Assembly: GCA_000708835.1 (NCBI GenBank)
Contig: DF237134.1
Location: 1 to 64,000, forward strand
Source: Klebsormidium nitens
Lineage: Eukaryota > Plantae > Klebsormidiophyceae
DNA length: 64,000 nt
Direction: 5' to 3'
In this document: one piece after another, positions 23,159 to 36,351 of the stretch
Layout: the number at the start of each line of letters is the position of its first letter
How positions within the stretch are numbered: the stretch's first letter is position 1
Made by a program: the position numbers and the translations under genes
The notes under the pieces: generated by a model
Seen by the model: the letters and a program-made list of their open reading frames with translations, nothing else
What the model was told of the DNA's origin: nothing
The model's database searches: none

Positions 23159-26100
23159 TCATTGTGGCCAAGCAAGCTCGCAGCAGACTGGAATATGGTC
23201 CGACGGATGTCTCCTGGACGGCAACGCTGACGGTCCTATCATTTCGCTCGTGGGCAGCCTTCTTCTTCTGACCAGGTCCAGACCGCGATACCAGATGTAG
23301 TCGATGGTATCCTTCTTTTCGCCCCCGGGTCTGCAAACCAAAAGAATGCCTGTCAAGTATGTCTTCTGATGGGGACCACTTGCAGAAAGATGTCGAAGAT
23401 CTTCTACGCATTCAAACGACGGAGCAGTCCAGGCTGCTCGAACTCCAGTCCCTTCGCTTCCTTCGTTTCAGTTGGGCGCCCCGTCCAAAGCTTCCGCGAC
23501 CCGCGGTTGCCATCACCAGAGTCGACACCGTTTGATGCTGAGCCCGCAAATCTTATATTGATGCTCATGAAGCCTCGGTCAACTTTCAAAAGTGTCCGTT
23601 AGTCTTCTTTCACAGTGACCCTTGAATCACCCTTCGCCGAAATGGTCGTGCAGAACTGCCTCCCCAACACGTAACAATCGGCGCTTTCCATCTCAACTAT
23701 CTGACCCCTGACACACCCGCGCCACAACCCAAGACGGCCGCTCACCTAAACTTCCAGGTCGTGAAGGCACGACCTTCCGGCGCGCCTGCTCTTCCGTTTC
23801 CGCTGTCGTTCCCAGCGGAAGACTCTGCGTCCACCCAAAGCTCGCTGGTAGAGGCAACGGGCTGAGCGAAAGCGTCCGCAAGTCCCAAGGAGTGCGTCCG
23901 CAGGGCCGCGCAGACGTCCGAATCCGGGCTGCAATTGAAGTCGCCGCAGAGGACGACGGGGACGGTGGAATCCGCTAGAGCGGCTATCCTCTGCAATCGA
24001 GACACGCCACGAAACGTTTTAAGATAGTACCTATACTTGAAAAGCTCCCCTTTCTTTGGGAAGGGGCGTGAGTTTCCATATTGAGGGACGAGCAAGAAGC
24101 GGAGAGGCGCAACGCAGCGTTGGATACAAATTCACATCAGAAGGACCCAAAGATTGAAGCCAGGCAGGCGAAGGATCGATCGATAAATGACTTGCCGAGC
24201 CTTAGGTTCAGACGTAGTTCCGTTGATTTGGCCCCGCATCCAGCCATGCGTTTCAGTCCCGATAAGCGCCTAGATGCGACCCACCTTCAACAGCTGCTTG
24301 ATCTGGATGGCCCTCGTCGCGTCATTATCTGCGCCCGTTTTCGCCTGCTCACATGAAACCGATCATAGGCTTAGCCAGGCAGAAACATGAGTTGTGCTTC
24401 GATGCTTCGTACGAATGCTGGCAGACTCAACAGCTTGGACGGCCTTTCATAGGAACGGGTTACCAAAGCGGCAGTTCCTAAGCAAAACCTGAAGGGTATA
24501 CGAGCGGCCCGGCGGTTCGGAAAAAAACGTGCTAACACCATATTCCTGCTACTGCTGCCAACGATCAAGCAGCCCAGAAGCCTGGTCGAGCGATCGTTTA
24601 TCGTCGAACTTCGTGCACCACCTTCACCGTTTCCATCTTAGTGCTTCGCCGATGTCGAATCTTGTGCAGTGCCAATAAAGTCCACCTTTGAGAGGATTGG
24701 TAAATGCTGAGCGGCTTGCCTTGAGGTGAGTGGTCGCCAAAAGCATCTGGTCGCCCGTTTGGAGGTCCCGAAGTCGGCAGAGGAGAGCGCACTGCAGGGG
24801 CGACCAATGCTACTCAGTCGACGTGAGACCCGCCAGTCCGCCAAACCTTCAGATTCCTGATTGCACGAGCACTCGAAGCCGCGAAGCTCGCATTTGAAGG
24901 CAACTCAAGTGGACTGCGGCAAATGATATCCGGAAAAAGACTAGACACCCTAAGCTTGAGCCCGCACATCTTCCTCGTTGATCGGGAGTGGAGGACGCGC
25001 TCACCTGACTCATGTTATCGCCGTTTGGATCGACGAACTGGAGCGTTTCGTAGCCTGCAGAACGCCGCTGAGAGACTTCATAGGCTTAATGCAGTGGCTT
25101 AAATGCAAGGACACCGCCAAGACGAGCTTCGATCAAAGACTCCGTTCTGAAACTATGAAAGGTCAAAATTGAAGCAGGATACCGAAGTTCCAATCCCCTT
25201 TCTACACGGCCGAATGTAGTGGAATAAGGTATGGGGGACGGATAGAATTGGCCTAAGAGTCAAAGTGACAACAAAGGCGGATTGCGTGATGACCTGATTG
25301 GACTGTGCCTGGGGTCCCCCATATCGTATGAACTAGCTTTTAACGACTGAAAACGGCCGCAATGAGAGGGTTATATCAAAAGCATCAATCCCCCTTACCA
25401 CGCATCTCGAATCGAGAGGCCTTGTAGAAAAGCGCAACGCCATCCGCAGCATAACCGAAGCGCTGCAAAAGGCGGGAGAAACCGTCACGAATTCCGTTCT
25501 GCTTAAAACGAGAACCAATCACAAAAAGCAGCTGAATCCAAGCAGATTCCGCACCAAAACTTCAAGCAATTCGTTAAATTTGTTATTAGCATCTACTCCT
25601 TCTGACTGTACTTCTTGACTGCATCAGACTGTCCTGCAATGAAGCCAAGAATACGGCCGTAGGGAACAGAAGGTTCTGGAAAGAGTGGCCTCGTTAGGTG
25701 CTTACAGCAGACGGGGAGAGGATCTTCGGCTGAAACCGTCCAGAGTACCCGAGCTTCTCCAGCCCTGGAAGGAAGCAGTCATCTGCACAGTTCCAAGCTC
25801 GTCGGTTAGCCCAATGGACAGGGGGATCCCCCTGCATGGGCCTACGCGATAGGAAGTTAGGGATGGGATATCAACAACACCAGAGCAGCCCGAGTTCCTA
25901 CGTTTCTAACCAAGTGTAGCCATCAGCTCCCACTTAAGGAGCGGCTGAGACCTGCAGTAGTTCCGAAGCTTTTCTCTTTGGCTTTGTTTGTTCGACTTGT
26001 GTACATTTTGCGAGCATGGGTGAGGGCCGCAAGAGCGGCTCTGTAGAAGGCGTGGTGCTTGGGCTGCTTCAAATTGGCAGAGCGCTCAGCAGCAGAGTCT

Positions 26101-27024
26101 GGGGCTTCCTTACCAAAGTGGTTCACTTCCTGTAAGCAGATGACGTCAGCTCCTGACTCCTCAAGCTCGCGCAGGAGAACCGGAGCTCGGCTTTCCCAGT
26201 CCAGAAGTTTGCTGGGGACCTGCAAAAGGACTCTCTGATCTTACTACAAAATACATTCGAGACACCCCCATATAAAAGGCGACACCTCTGCCCACCTCGG
26301 GCCTGGCCGTTCCGAGACCAGAGTTGATCAGCTGTACAGTATGTGTGGTGCGCTACAGAGTGGCTACTTTCAAGGGTTTCTTCAGTAGTACTAGCGCACA
26401 TAGTTGGAGATGTCTGTATCTCATTGAATTGTTATCCCAAGTCTTGCCCAGTGATGCCAAGGAGAGAGCTTTGAAAACAGAAACGAGTTGGCATGATGAT
26501 TCCGCAGGGATCAAAGACTCAACGCAACTGACCTTGACAAAGTCCCCATGTTGGGCGAGCCCGTCCGCCAGTGTGTTCCATGTGAGAATTCGCACTCGTG
26601 AAGTGAGCGCTGGTATATCCCTCCGACATTCGTCCCAGCTATACTTAAACGTTTCTTCCTTAACTTCTCCTTCATTTTGGAATAGGGAATCAGGCATCCC
26701 CGGACTGTGACTCTGAGCAACCAGGTTTAAACGCTGAGCTGGCACCACTCCGTCTACTAAGTGTGCGCATACTTTCTTCTCAGCAGCATTGAGCGCCTGG
26801 TCCAGTTCTGGCTGTTTGTCCATATCAGAGGGGACACTGGCAGCCATGCAGCTTCTAAGATGAATGCCAGGGGCCCTGACTGATCTGCTGCGGAGTGTCT
26901 TACTAAAACAAAGGGCAGAGCTCAATGCTTGATTCCGCATATGTTTCAAGGCACTTGGTGGCAAGGTCGGCCTTTGCCAGCTGTGCACTCTGCTCAAGCA
27001 GCTGGAAGTGAGCATACAACCCAC
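23159..27024 (-). CDS. NOCT: Nocturnin/CCR4-like EEP-family phosphatase with N-terminal organelle-targeting-like extension, 9 exons
   Basis: Spliced motifs RILTWNTLADGL, ADVICLQEVNHF, GYSGRFQPK, DGVALFYK, ATTHLK|AK, VVLCGDFNCSPD, FTTWKFR|PGGEKKDTIDYIWY, LPSRRHPSDHIP. One GC-AG intron at 24719-24345. Start codon uncertain (27024/27015 or downstream ATGs). Confidence 0.88.
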
Positions 27025-27313
27025 ATGCTAAGCAAAGTTGGGAGTTTTGTAACCAGCACTTGAAAGCATACTCTCAACGGCCCGTCGTTTGGTGTCACCA
27101 AGTCGTGCAGCTGCTCCTTGTGACGCAGAACTAGGCAAAATGCTCACAGGAGCTTGGCTCTGAGTTTGGCCAGCGGTTATAACAGTGACTATACGCTCTT
27201 GCTGCACAGGAAGAAGGCTTCATGAAGCTAAGCTGCTGACCTTCGCTTCTCTCCTTTTCACCCAGGGAAACTTCACTGTCTTCAGTCTGCAAGTTTGCTC
27301 CGGCCCCCCAGGC

Positions 27314-27338
27314 AAACCCTAAACCCATGAAACCCTAA
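27314..27338. promoter_or_regulatory. Two telo-boxes (AAACCCTA) in the divergent promoter between the nocturnin-like and TatD genes
   Basis: AAACCCTA at 27314-27321 and AAACCCTAA at 27330-27338, within the ~460-bp gap between head-to-head coding starts. Confidence 0.5.
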
Positions 27339-27487
27339 AGTCTGAACTTTTGTCAGATACTTTCATATAAGCTCCCAAGAATTGTCGATCTAACCTTTTC
27401 TCCACCTTAAAATTCCTTACAATCTTCTTGAACAAGCAATAAATCCATCGCGGCCTAAAGAAGAAAGCAAAGTTCAAGCCAGGAGTC

Positions 27488-30400
27488 ATGGCGACGCCGA
27501 AGCTTATTGGTGAGTGATGTTCAATTGTCATCTCAAACTTCAGATAGATACCTTGGACGGTATTCTGATTTTATCCCGGAGCAGCATTGAAAGTACGTCT
27601 TTTTTCTAAGGGTCAACAAGTCTGAAGCGCAGGTGCGTCTGGTCGCCAGCACTGTGTCCTCAGCAAGTTGCTGCCGCTTGAGCTGGTGGTGACTTCTTAA
27701 TGGGGTTGCAATTGAAGCGTGTCTTTCCGTGGACTCCAACTCCTCATCATTAGATTGCCGCCACTTCATCAACCTGCTTGCTCTCTCGAACTGGATTCTC
27801 ACCTGCTTTCTTGCAGACATTGGTGCAAATCTGACTGATGCCATGTTCCGAGGGGTGTACAACGGGAAGCAGGCACACGCTCCGGACTTGGCGGCCGTCC
27901 TAGCTCGAGCATGGGCTGCAGGTGTGGAACGCATCATCGTAAGTGTCACACGATTATGTGGATGTGCCGTATCAAGAACATCCCTCAATTCCTTCATTGG
28001 AATTTGCAGTGGCGCATTGCTTCAAACACTGGTGGTGGTACGAACAGGATCAAGCAGCTACTCCTGCCAGAGGTTTTGAAACAACTTTGTTGCGCCGTAA
28101 GCTTTGGGTTTACTTGGGCATCCATGAGACCAGACCTGCAATCTGGTGGTAACCAGCTCACATGAATCATGATTTTTGCAGGTCACAGGTGGTTCTCTGA
28201 AGGAATCGCGCGAGGCTTTGGAGCTTGCGGACACCGATGGTGAGACCCCTGTGTCCTTTCAAGCGTGTGTTGTTGACGTAATCTGCCACAATTAGGCGAC
28301 AGAAAGGTTCGCAAAAGTCCGTAAGATTTTATGACCTTCGAGGTAGAAGGGACGAGTCCGACCGGGTGAGCTTTGAAGCTTTATAGATTGAGAGTGGGTC
28401 GATGTGGCCGAGCCCCTGTCAACACATGAAGGTCAAGCTTGATGGCCTATCGCACCCTTCTGCAGAACAAGATTGATTCACAGATTTCTTCCGCGTCTGC
28501 TAAGCGAAGATCCTATGCAAGCTTTGCACAACGAAACTCTGAATTAAAGTATGGCTGGCCAACGGAGATAACGCCTATCTGTAAGAACTGATCGCTGAGC
28601 CCATATGCAATCATTCGAACTTAAGTAGTGACTTCCGCTCTTACCTTGTGCAGCAAGGCTCTTTTGCACAGTAGGCGTTCATCCAACACGGTGCTCTGTA
28701 AGTCGGCGGGCTTCCTTCCTACTCCAACCATGCAGTTGGAAGTGTGACCAATAAGCAATGCTTGGTTGTTTCTATGTACCAAAGTCGAGTCTCACATTCT
28801 GTCTCTGTGTCCTTCGAGCATGCTTTTGCGGCAGCTTCTCTTTTCGGTTCGAATCTCAGACGTTCGGTAAAAGTCGAAACAGGGGATATAAGCGCTTGGC
28901 CTCTGCAAGCATGCAATTTGCCATTTGAGGTCTCGGCAAACGTCCAAGTTGGGCCGGTGATCTCGGCAGATTTGAGCTCATAGACAATGGCCATGTATTG
29001 TTGGACGCTAAAGAAGTAGCCTACATTTCTCATCGAATCACGCGCAACTGAGATACCCGTCTTTGTCACCATCCGCCAGCAAGCCCGGAATGGGTACACA
29101 CTTGCTCTCTTCGCTCAAACTTTGCCGGGACTTGAAGCAAACGAAACTTGAGAAACTTCATCGCAAGGTGTCTCCATCTCCTAGTCAGGCTCTCTCCTAA
29201 CATGTTACACGTGTCCTTTGGTGATTGGCAGGAATTTGATGAAAGCGGCGACCCTGTGAGGCACTTGCAGGAGTTGGAGGAGCTTGCTCGGAGAGGGAAA
29301 GAGAGGGGCAAGGTGAGAAATATCAACAGATGCACATGTCTTTAGGGTCCAGCCGAAATTTGTCAACAAATTCCACTGTGCTCCTTCATCTCGCCACTAG
29401 AAAGGCGGAGATGTGTTTTGTAGTCTGTTGCATAGTAGTCTACCATTGCCTGATTACCTTGCAAGCTCGCCCCTCATGAGTCCTCGCAACTGTCTGTATC
29501 TTTGATCGACGAAGTGAATTTCTGAACGTGTCCTCCTTTTGCGAAGGTAGTCGCGATCGGCGAGTGCGGGCTCGACTACGACCGGCTGCAGTTCTGTCCA
29601 GCCGAAACGCAGAGAAAGTACGGCCTTCCAAAGCTTTTTCATCCAAGCCCGAAAAACTCCTTCGGAATTATTAGATCTGCTATAGCCCGTCCAAAGCTTC
29701 GGAGAAGCCGACGAGTCCAGAAAAATTGGCAATCTCGATCACATTGACGTGCTTCGGTTGATTGCCTGTGGCACCCCTCCACCTTCACGCACTCATCCGG
29801 GTCGAGTAGTACGTACGCCTGCGGGCTGCCGCAAACGAACAGTCTCTTTCAAGATACTCGTTGCCCAGACTGTTACTGCCGATTTACGAACCTCATTTCA
29901 TCCTAATCTCCACCCCGTTCGTTTTCCCAGATACTTTGACCACCAGTTTGGCCTGGCAGAGCGCCTCGGTCTGCCCATGTTCCTGCACATGAGGGCCGCG
30001 GCGGACGACTTCTGCGCCATCATGCGACGAAACGAGAGCCGGTGCGCACACTGTCTATCTACTTTCTCCCGTTCCTGTCCGATGCAGCTTTACGCAGGAT
30101 GGTGGATAGTCCGGGTTGCAAGCAAGGTCGTAAGGGCCATTGGGGCAAGGGATGTCAAGGGGCTGTACCTCCTTGATTTCTGACTGAGCGCTCCTTATTC
30201 GAGCGGCTTCGGTTAGGTTCAAATTAGAGAAGCCATCTCATTGGTGTCGAAATCAGTGATAGTCCATTAAGTTGCTCCTAGGCAGTCCTGAAAACTTGGG
30301 CGACGTACGCCCGGGGGCGATTGCGGATCGGTCGAGGATCCTCTTTACACAGTGACGCAGGATTCTTATACTTTGTACATGTTTGCAGGTTTCGTGGCGG

Positions 30401-32153
30401 TGTTGCGCATTCCTTCACGGGCAGCGCGGAGGACCTCCAAAAGTTGCTAGCCTTTCCGACACTGAGCATAGGTGAGTTTTCGCAAATATGGGGCACGTTT
30501 CCCACTCTCGAAACTTTATTAATCTATTGAAGCGGGTGAGAACGCTTTGCATCAGCTTCTTCAACGTACAGGTTTGTTGTAGCTTACGTTGATACCATAA
30601 GGAGCCGTTGATCAAAGGATTCCCGTCCCTTTCGCAGTAAAGTTTCTCCATGCAACTTTCGTAAACCCATCACGTTCCCTGACAACGAAACACGAGCGAC
30701 TTTTGCCGGACATTGAGGCTGCGCCAATCGGCCTTCAGTCAGGGCGTTGATCGCTTCGGGCGAAACGATCTCAACGAGCCTTCGCCTCTCTTGAAAGAAG
30801 GTTCAGACGCCTTACCAGATATGACCTTACTCAACGCTTTCCATTTGTAAAATTTAGGATTGGCACCGTGTCTTATCTACAACGCTACTTTCTACGGGAC
30901 TAGGAACCGCTTTCTATGTTCTTCTTCAACTGCTTTCGAATATGTAATCTGTGCTGATTCGAGTCCAATTTCGTGGTCCCAGGCATCAACGGCTGCTCCC
31001 TGAAGACCCAGGAGAACCTTGACGTCATGGCTGACGTCCCTCTTGATCGCCTCCTCCTCGAGACGGACTCTCCGTACTGCGACGTGCGATCCACGCACGC
31101 AGGGTTTAGCCACGTGGCGACCACGTGGCCTTCGAAGAAGAAAGAAAAGCACGACGCGGAGAGCCTGGTCAAGGGGCGTAACGAGCCGTGCACAATGAGG
31201 TGGGTCAACAAGAACATATGACGGGATGACAGAATTTACTCTTACCCGTGCTTTTGTCAAACTTTGGCAGCCTTGACTATATTCGTTCTGGCTACGGGAT
31301 CTGGGCCGTCCGATGGTGCGTCTTGGTGCATCGAACCGCCCCCAAGTTCTGCTATTGCCGAGGTCAGGAAACTTTCAGCGCCCAGGTTTGACGCAAGGTA
31401 CGATTTTGTCTGTGAACTTTCAAAAGGATTTGGGCTCGTCTCATAGTCCAATATGCCTTCAGCCTGGAGATTGGATCGGACTCCCGTTCCGTTCTGTATT
31501 CGACCTTGCTTTGGAGGAAAAGACGAGCTGAATCTTGTGCTAGAGCCGAAACAACGATGAGAGCGTCTCCGTGAGTCTTGACCTCGCCAGGTGGCATGCT
31601 GTCTGCACGATCCAGCTGTCCAGGCCGCTGCTAGTACTCAGGGCCGTTGGATCCTGCGGAACCTGTGGCGATAGGCTGCAGCCTTTGACCATTATTTCGA
31701 TGCAATCTCAGAGTGCGGGCGGAGTCAACTAGGGGGGCATAGGTCGAACCAGACGGTCAATTGACGGGGCAGATTGCCGAAGTGGGTTAGGAGAGCAAGA
31801 ACAGTGACGGTATATTTTGCTGCGCAGGCAAGTACTGGAAGTTGTGGCAGGTCATCGACGGGTCACGGATGTTGCGGGATTGGCTCGAGCGGCGCACGAA
31901 AACACCTGCCGGTGAGACTCTACTCATTTGCTTCCTCGGACGTTTCGTTCGATGGTCATTAGCAGATAGAGCCGGAGCTACAGTAGCCCTAAGATCTCGC
32001 AAGGTGGGTAGACCAATTTGCTTTGAGAGTATCACCTTGGTCGCTCCCCTCGCCGCCGATGCTTACTGATCCAACATACTTTGCAGGTTGTTTTTCCCGT
32101 ACGATCTGGATTCGATAGCAGGGGCCGTCTTGGAGCGAAGAACAGAGTCTTAA
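27488..32153 (+). CDS. TATDN1: TatD-related DNase (TATDN1 type), 11 exons
   Basis: Spliced motifs MATPKLI|[94 protein letters not shown]. Confidence 0.95.
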
Positions 32154-33088
32154 GGCAAATTGTACTTTTTCCGCCCGAGTCGGTCATCCCATCTTGCATG
32201 CTCGCATAAAATCAATGAGCAACCCCCTAACAAAGGGGAAGCTACCTAGTGTGAGTATGCCTCGGATTAATGGAATATTGTTGTAGACCTACGTTCTAAT
32301 ACCAAGTCGATGCTGGTAGTGCGTTTTGATATTGCGAAGGCTGCAGCGTGCAGGAAACTTAGGCTTGGTGTCCGCCAGAATCAAGTGCAGATTTATTATA
32401 ATTACTGAGTGAGTCGATGCACACAAGTGTCTACCCTCCAATGAGTCACTGCATTCGATCATCACACCATTGATGACAATGTCGCCGATCGTGTGTATCG
32501 ATCAACATCTTAACCGCCGGCCCATGTCTGAGCGGGCCCGCGGTAACTGAAGCTGCATAGCAGCATGATACAGCCACAAGTCTGCATATGGTCGGACCGC
32601 GCAGCCTAGCTCTAGAACCTGGCACTCATGAGTCGGACGAATCAGCGCACCTCTATACGTATAAGCAATCATGAGCTGCCGTTACTGTCGCACATGTCTG
32701 GACGAAACCTCTGTACAAGGTGTTGTATCGCTGTGAACCTACATCTGATCGAGAGCAACATCTTGCTTTGGTAGCTGCATCAATGTGAGCGCTGCTTGCT
32801 TACAACGGAGCCTGCATGCATTGAACTACTGGAAATGTATGTGACGAGAATAGAGACGGAGATTCGTTTTTGGTTTCTAGCTTCTCACAGCGGCGCAATC
32901 TGTTTGAACGAATGGACGAAGTTTGACGTAACGAGTTCTGATCGAACTTTCTCATATGCAACTAGCGCAGCTTCGTACGCGACATGTTACTTCCTATCTA
33001 CTGATCTCGTCTTTAACGAAAAACCGAGTCCGGCAATCCTCAACCGCAGCCTTCAGATTGCACGAAAGATGCCAGTAGACCGGACTCA

Positions 33089-34275
33089 TCAGAGTTCGTA
33101 CCAGAGAGTCCATCTACCTTTAAGATCCGTGTTCAATGTTACGTTATTTTCCCGAAGCTGCGCATACATTGATCTCCAACCTAGATCATACCCTAATGTG
33201 ACTCTGAGGTCCTGATGCCTCCCTGGGAAGTTGGCTATGTGCCGTCGTCCCTCGATTGCCACCCGACTCCCCTGCGTGCCCTTTCTATGATGCAAGTTTA
33301 CCTTCCCCTTGACTAGCAACTCCGTTGGCTTGTATCCACCTTCCAACTCCTCCCCAAACTGAAGCCGTAGGTCGCTCACAAGCTGCAGGCTTGGCAGCTT
33401 AGAGGGAAACGCACTCTCCCATCTAAGAGCTGTATAGACCGTGTAGGGATCGCTTACTGGTAGTCCTTCCGCCTTGCGTGTCTGCTTCCGGCCAATAAAT
33501 GTTGGCAGCTTCTGTCGCAATCTAAGCACCCAGTGGTGGCGGCCCTCCTCTCCAGGCGCAATCAGAGCCTTGAAGGTGAGGTCAGGAAGGACTCCATTCT
33601 CATCAAGCGTGACCTTTTCCTGTAAATGCAATGGATCAGCAACAATGAGTCCAAACAAACAAGAAAATCCGTTCGTTGGCACTGCGAAGCTGGGATTTTA
33701 GATGAAGGAAGGAGGTAATATGCTCACCAAACCACGCAATCCAGAAGATCTCAGCATGTCATGTTGATCACAACGAGCATCCCCATGTTGAACCAAATGG
33801 TGGCGACAAGCTGTCAGAAGAGCTGTCAGACAGCAAAGTTGTTCTTTCCTTCAAAACAAACATGGCTCAGCAGTTTAAGAGCGGGTGTATAAAAGCTAGA
33901 AAGAGGAGAGCCTGTACAGTTGGAAAACCCAGCCCTTTGCGTCCAAAAAAGTCGAGCCGTTTGTAAGTAACTCTGATGGTCAGACACCTTGTTTGCATGC
34001 AGCATGCAAGGAGTCGGCTAATGTGCATCTTCAGTGATGAAAGACTCTGTGGCTAGCGCTTGACAGCTCACATAGAGTGGGTGATTCGTTCAAGAGAGCT
34101 GGAAACAAAAATGCTGATTCATGTAACCAGAACGCCATCCTAGTCTGCACTGTTGCCTTCCTGTTCACGACGCCTGTGCATTGTTCCAGGATCTTGAACT
34201 CACTTTAAACTGCAGGCCCATGTCCCGCTGAATGCTGTCGTATCGGAGCCATGCCTGCAGCGCATGCCCCGACAT
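33089..34275 (-). CDS. OEP21: Chloroplast outer-envelope pore OEP21-like beta-barrel, 2 exons
   Basis: Exon 1 (34275-34204, MSGHALQAWLRYDSIQRDMGLQFK) splices in phase to exon 2 (33619-33089). The C-terminus QDLRVTLGYDLGWRSMYAQLRENNVTLNTDLKGRWTLWYEL closely matches plant OEP21 (QDLRLRIGY...[23 protein letters not shown], as recalled). Confidence 0.8.
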
Positions 34276-35045
34276 GTCCCTTTGACTTTGGGGAATGTGG
34301 ATTTCAAACCTCTCCGCAACCAACGGAATAACTCTGGTTAAATGGAAAAATCAATTGTCATCAGCTCTCTTCTGCAGCTCGCAACAATCGAAATCATCTA
34401 CTACACAACTCAAGGTTTTCAAGCTTGTCTTCTGGCCAGTTGGGCGCCCCTTGCAGCTTGCTGATCACGTCGTCACCAGCAAAAGCGAAGTTCAAGCTAT
34501 CGTCATTTCTGACAATATTGACTTGCATATTGCACAGTTTGCACTTGATAAGCTCATGACCATAAGTCTAGGCGGGCACCAGCTTTTCTATCCAATTCGG
34601 CAAAAGGGGGCAAAGAGAAAGGTATAATCATAGCCCCCCCAAATGAAAGGACCGAAGATCTGTTGCGCGCTTATATCAAGCAGCTGCTCATATATCCACG
34701 CATGACGACCCAAGTAATACATTGCATTGTGGATCTAGCTCAACTGAGCTCAGCCAGAGCTCAGCTGTGAATTGCAGAAAGTTTCTGGCACCCTGCACAG
34801 GCTAAGCTGCAAGCAGTCGATACAGCTGCAGTGCTGCTTTGCAAGTACATAGATCCTGTTGAGGAGACGGGGCCAATGGCAAGGGACGCTCCATTCCTGC
34901 ATTCATGAGCTGTATTGGGTCTCAGCGCCCGTCTAATACCAATTGCAGCCAACTCTACCCACAAAGAGCAAAGAGCAAAGAGCAAGACCTTGTGGCCTAA
35001 AGATCTGCTACATCCGCCTTGTGTTTCTGATCTGCACAGATTTCC

Positions 35046-36351
35046 GTGGCCATGACAGGTCCAAGTGCGTACAAGGTGCCCATGACACACGCATCGAGAA
35101 AGAAGCCCACTGGAAAAGCTGGCGGCAGTATATTGCGGCAGTTGGTGCCAATCAATGGAGCGGCGCCCAGCAAAGTGCACCCAGGGCCAGAAGGGCCGTG
35201 CAGAACCCTAATCTGGAATGCCAGCCAATTGTCCTTAGAATGTGGGGCTCTGGACACTTCAGGCAGTGGGGCTCAGGGGCAGTGCTTCGAAGAAACAGAT
35301 GACAGGAATGCAAAAGCTGGACCATTGATTCAGATCGATGCAATTGCAGCTCAGACTGAGAGGGATCACTTAAAACGATTGACCCCTGATAGAACTGAGA
35401 CAGCCAACGGCCATGAAGGAAGCGCCCGCTTTGAATTGGGTTCCAGTGACTCGAGCTCCCATCGAGAAAGAGTAGCTTCAGCTTCAGCTGGCAGTGACAA
35501 CCCCTCCTCGAGCCAGCCTACATGTCACACTGGGCTCGCAGCATCTGATAGGAGGAGCTTTGCTGGGCAGGAAATTGACGCGCCAGTTCCCTTAAAACCG
35601 CTATTGGACGAGTCCGGCAGAACGGCGTCACCGAGTCAGGGCAGTGCGTCAGCAAGTCGAACGGATGATTGTGTTGCGGAAGACCGAAGGTTGTTACAGG
35701 ATGATGCAAGGTGAGGAGGTTTTCACTCTTACGATAAGTCAAAAGAGAAAGATGTCTCCCAGCAGATTCTGGTCCGTGAAACTTTGAAAACCTTTCTTAG
35801 AGAGGACCTGTAAACTCACCCTCGTAACCAGCTAGTGTAAAAGTGTCACCCGCTTGTACGAGTAAGCAAGCGGCCACGAGCGGGGAGTAATCACCACGGA
35901 CGCACTTGCCTGGTGAGCTTGTTTCATGTACGATAAAAGATTCAGATGTCAGGAGGCTATGTAAGGCTGCCAGATTTATCAGAGTGGGTCCCCCCCTCCT
36001 ACTTTCATTGTTCTGTGTGCCAGCGTCTTCCTCGTCTAAGATGTGGGCTCCTGAGTAAAGGAGACGAGGATTGATCATTGCTTGTCGACCAGAGAAAGGT
36101 GGCATCTGTCAGTGGCCCATTTACTCCTGCTGCAGGTTGCATGGACGATGATGGGCAGACCGGATTTGGCCTCTTGACAGTTGAGACTAAGATAGAAATC
36201 TGTTCTCTTTGAATGATACACGGTCGCTGAATAACAGGACTACCTTCGTTGCAGGCGATGGGACCGTGCAGAGAACCTTACCAAGAAGATCAAACGAAGG
36301 AAGGCCAAAACGAAGTTGAGAAGAACGGAGCTTGCAGAGGAAGTTTCTTAA
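35046..36351 (+). CDS. Hypothetical, largely disordered protein (2 putative exons)
   Basis: 222-aa ORF ends at the donor AG|GTGAGG (~35711) and can join in phase to TGCAG|G at ~36256 (RWDRAENLTKKIKRRKAK...*). No recognisable domain. Confidence 0.35.

Noticed and set aside
32400-32800. Apparent excess of CATG/TGCA/GATC/AGCT palindromes in convergent intergenic spacers (also ~1750-2270 and ~57600-58000)
   Set aside because: This is an impression only; it needs k-mer statistics against the genome background, and no discrete element boundaries were found.
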